DNA from: Dehalococcoidales bacterium
GTDB lineage: Bacteria > Chloroflexota > Dehalococcoidia > Dehalococcoidales > UBA1222
Assembly (NCBI GenBank): GCA_049520695.1
Contig: JBEKPN010000001.1
Coordinates: 1 to 27,399, forward strand
DNA: 27,399 bases
Direction of reading: 5' to 3'
The notes beneath the pieces were generated by a model that ran no database searches, had not been told where the DNA came from, and was given only the letters and a program-made list of their open reading frames with translations. Below, in pieces: positions 24,739-27,399 of this stretch. Position numbers and translations under genes: made by a program. Within the stretch, counting starts at the first letter, position 1, and every line of letters starts with the position of its first letter.

Positions 24739-27378
24739 GTGAAATTTAAGCGGTTTTTAAGAATATTTTCAGCAGCCTGTGTACTGGGGCTGCTGGCAAC
24801 CGCCATACCTTTTACGCCTGTGGCGGCGGTAACAACTGGCACTATAACAGGCAATGGGTCTGGCCCTGCGGGTTCTTTTATTACCATATCAGGGACAGGA
24901 TTTGGCAGCACAGGGCCAGGTCTAATAAATCTATATTTTGATGGGACGCCAATTGCTGCACCGCCACTGACCGGCGGTACTTTCGCGACTACTGTTCAAA
25001 TACCGACCCTTGCCGCAACAGGACCTGGGCATGTTATTTTTGTACTTGATGCTGTCACAAATGCTCCAGTTAGCAATGTGCTCGACTTCACCGTAACCGT
25101 AACTACCTCATTCACTTTATCTGCCGCCAACGGTTACGTCGGCAGTGTGGTGACCGTGACCGGCAGCGGCTTTACTGCCTCCGTGCCGATAACGTTCAAT
25201 TGGGATACCACCACACCCCTGGTGACCAGCCCGGCAACGATTACTACAACCTCGACCGGCACTATTCCTGTCGGTTGTACCATCACCATTCCGGCAGCAA
25301 CTAGGGGAAATCACTCAATCTCCACCCCGGGTGTCACTGCGCAGCCGTTCTACGTCAATTCCAAAATCGGCCTCACTCCCAGCTCCGGCAGCGTGGGCGT
25401 GGGCGATACGGTATCGGTTACCGGTAGCGGTTTTGCCGCTGCCACTAACGTGGTCATCTCGGTGGATAGCGTGACTGTGACAGTCACCTCGCCGTCTCCT
25501 GTTCCCACCAATGCCAGCGGCGCTTTTAACTGTATCTTCAGCATGCCTAATGCCGCCAGCGGCAGCCGCATCATCCGGGCTACCGATAGCGCAGGCTATG
25601 CCGAAGCCACCATTAACGTCGGCCCGAAGATAAGCCTCTCCCCGACCTCCGGCGTCGCGGGCGATAATGTGATTATCAATGGTAACGGTTTCTCTGGCGG
25701 GCAGAACCTGACCGTTCAGATCGAGCTGACTCCCGGTACCGACGTGTTTTCAACGTTGACTACCATCCCCGTCGCCCCGAGCACCGACCTGACCGGGTTA
25801 TTTACCGGAAATGGTATTTCCTTTGCCATACCCAGCATTGCTGGCGGAGCGCATAAGATCAAAGTCACCGACCAGTCTGGCAATTCCGCTATCGCTACGC
25901 TCATCGTGCTACCCAAAATAAGCATCACGCCTGTCAACGGGACCCCGGGCACACAGGTTACGGTAACCGGCAGCGGTTTTGGGCCGGGTCTCGGCGTTAA
26001 TGTTTTCTGGGACACCACAACTCTTACTACCACTCCCGCCACCGTGACGGCCTCCAGCACCGGCATAATCAGCGCCACCTTTACTTCGCCGCCCAGCGCC
26101 GGGGGCGCTCATACCGTCAAGGCGCAGGATACCCTGGGCAACTTCGCCACTTTCACCTTCACCACCAAACCCAAGATAGTGCTCACCCCTGCTAGCGGCG
26201 GTTACGGCGATAGCATAACCATTACCTTTTCTGGTTTTACCGCTGGCAGCACGGTCACTTCCACGCAGATTTTGTCGAGCAGCTCTTATACCCCCCTCAC
26301 TACCAACCCCCCCACCATTGCCATAGACGCCAACGGCAACGGTACAGCCACCTTCAGCGTGATCAATCTTGCCAACGGCAACTGGACGGTTCAGGCTGCC
26401 GACAGCAGCGGCGGCTCAGCCCAGGCCACGCTGGCGGTAACTCAAAAAATCGCTATTAACATCAGTACCGGGGCCGCCGGCGACCAGATTAGCGTCACCG
26501 GTACCGGCTTTGCGGCCAACAAGGGCATCTCCCTGAAATATAACGGCGTGGCACTGACCACCTCCCCGGTTACCGTCACCAGCGATACCAGCGGCGCATT
26601 TGCCTGCCTGTTCAGCGTTCCCGAGACGGCAGCCGGCGACATCACTCTGACGGCCAGCGATGGTACCAATGTGGCAACCGCCAGCTTTACCGCGACTGCC
26701 AAAGCCACTATTGGCACGGCTACCACCCAGACCAACCCCGGTTACGTGGGTATGGATATGACCATCAGCGGCACGGGTTTCAAAGCTGTTTCTGACATCA
26801 CCGTCACCTTCGAGAGCACGCCGGTCACGGTCGCCACTGTCAAAAGCGACAACAATGGTTCCTTCACGGTAACGTTCAAAGTCCCCGTGGCCACGTCCGG
26901 CAGTCATACCATCAAGGCAACGGACGGCACCACTACCAAGGAATTCGCCTTCTTTATGGATTCCACCGCTCCCGTAGCGCCGGCATTGCTGTTGCCCATC
27001 GACAAGTTCAAGCCCAAGCAGCCGGTGTCTTTTAGCTGGAATGCCGTCACCGACTCCAGCGGCGTCACCTATACCATACAGATATACCAGGACCCGGCTC
27101 CGGGTGCGACTGGCCTCATTGAACATACCGGGCTTACTGCTACCACATACAAGATGACCGATGCTGAAGAGCTCAAGAGTTCCAAAGCGCCTTACTACTG
27201 GCGCGTCAGGGCCACCGACGCGGCCGGCAACGTGGGCGCCTGGTCCACAGCCAATACCTTCACCATCGGCTTCATCTGGCCCTGGTGGATGATCCACGTT
27301 TGGTACGGCCTGGGCATCGTTGTAGCACTCATCCTTGGACTGTGGCTCGGCCGCAGAATGGCCTACCAGTCCTACTAA
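24739..27378 (+). CDS. Secreted, C-terminally anchored surface protein with 8 IPT/TIG-like Ig repeats and an FN3-like domain
   Basis: Signal peptide; eight G..G..(V/I)T(V/I).G.GF repeats; FSWNAV…YTIQI…YYWRVRATD…GNVGAWS; C-terminal TM followed by GRR; SD GGGAGGT before GTG. Confidence 0.9.
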   Translation: MKFKRFLRIFSAACVLGLLATAIPFTPVAAVTTGTITGNGSGPAGSFITISGTGFGSTGPGLINLYFDGTPIAAPPLTGGTFATTVQIPTLAATGPGHVIFVLDAVTNAPVSNVLDFTVTVTTSFTLSAANGYVGSVVTVTGSGFTASVPITFNWDTTTPLVTSPATITTTSTGTIPVGCTITIPAATRGNHSISTPGVTAQPFYVNSKIGLTPSSGSVGVGDTVSVTGSGFAAATNVVISVDSVTVTVTSPSPVPTNASGAFNCIFSMPNAASGSRIIRATDSAGYAEATINVGPKISLSPTSGVAGDNVIINGNGFSGGQNLTVQIELTPGTDVFSTLTTIPVAPSTDLTGLFTGNGISFAIPSIAGGAHKIKVTDQSGNSAIATLIVLPKISITPVNGTPGTQVTVTGSGFGPGLGVNVFWDTTTLTTTPATVTASSTGIISATFTSPPSAGGAHTVKAQDTLGNFATFTFTTKPKIVLTPASGGYGDSITITFSGFTAGSTVTSTQILSSSSYTPLTTNPPTIAIDANGNGTATFSVINLANGNWTVQAADSSGGSAQATLAVTQKIAINISTGAAGDQISVTGTGFAANKGISLKYNGVALTTSPVTVTSDTSGAFACLFSVPETAAGDITLTASDGTNVATASFTATAKATIGTATTQTNPGYVGMDMTISGTGFKAVSDITVTFESTPVTVATVKSDNNGSFTVTFKVPVATSGSHTIKATDGTTTKEFAFFMDSTAPVAPALLLPIDKFKPKQPVSFSWNAVTDSSGVTYTIQIYQDPAPGATGLIEHTGLTATTYKMTDAEELKSSKAPYYWRVRATDAAGNVGAWSTANTFTIGFIWPWWMIHVWYGLGIVVALILGLWLGRRMAYQSY

Positions 27379-27399
27379 CATTCTGATTGCGTGAAAAGA

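Noticed and set aside
26416-27381. 321-aa minus-strand ORF in the surface protein gene
   Set aside because: Antisense shadow with no recognisable domain

Overview
About 27.4 kb of bacterial chromosome, mostly GC-rich housekeeping genes, with no rRNA, tRNA or CRISPR array that I can support. Gene order: lysE-type exporter, HDAC-family deacetylase, tRNA nucleotidyltransferase, padR, priA, rplS, trmD, mraZ-rsmH-ftsA-ftsZ, nrdR-nrdJ, NYN protein, radical SAM protein, yqeY, rpsU, and an 879-aa Ig-repeat surface protein. This order, the dcw cluster lacking mur/pbp/ftsW/ftsQ genes, and the style of NrdJ suggest Chloroflexota class Dehalococcoidia (inference, no search run). Several small accessory patches interrupt the core: lone AT-rich membrane-protein genes (4123-4458, 8202-8807, 19634-20602), a decayed IS200/IS605 tnpA, and three REPIN-like palindromic elements bounded by GTCATT...AATGAC. 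The best candidate for an undescribed system is an uncharacterised, translationally coupled two-gene module between ftsZ and nrdR (a GxxxG-repeat helical protein plus a membrane protein with a Thr-rich tail), preceded by a nonsense-interrupted ORF. Other highlights: a nucleotidyltransferase with the loop deletion typical of CC-adding enzymes, a surface-protein gene whose first Ig domain has foreign codon usage, an HNH-like Zn protein lacking catalytic residues, a probable ATA start codon, several leaderless-type promoters, and clear NrdR, MraZ and putative PadR operators.
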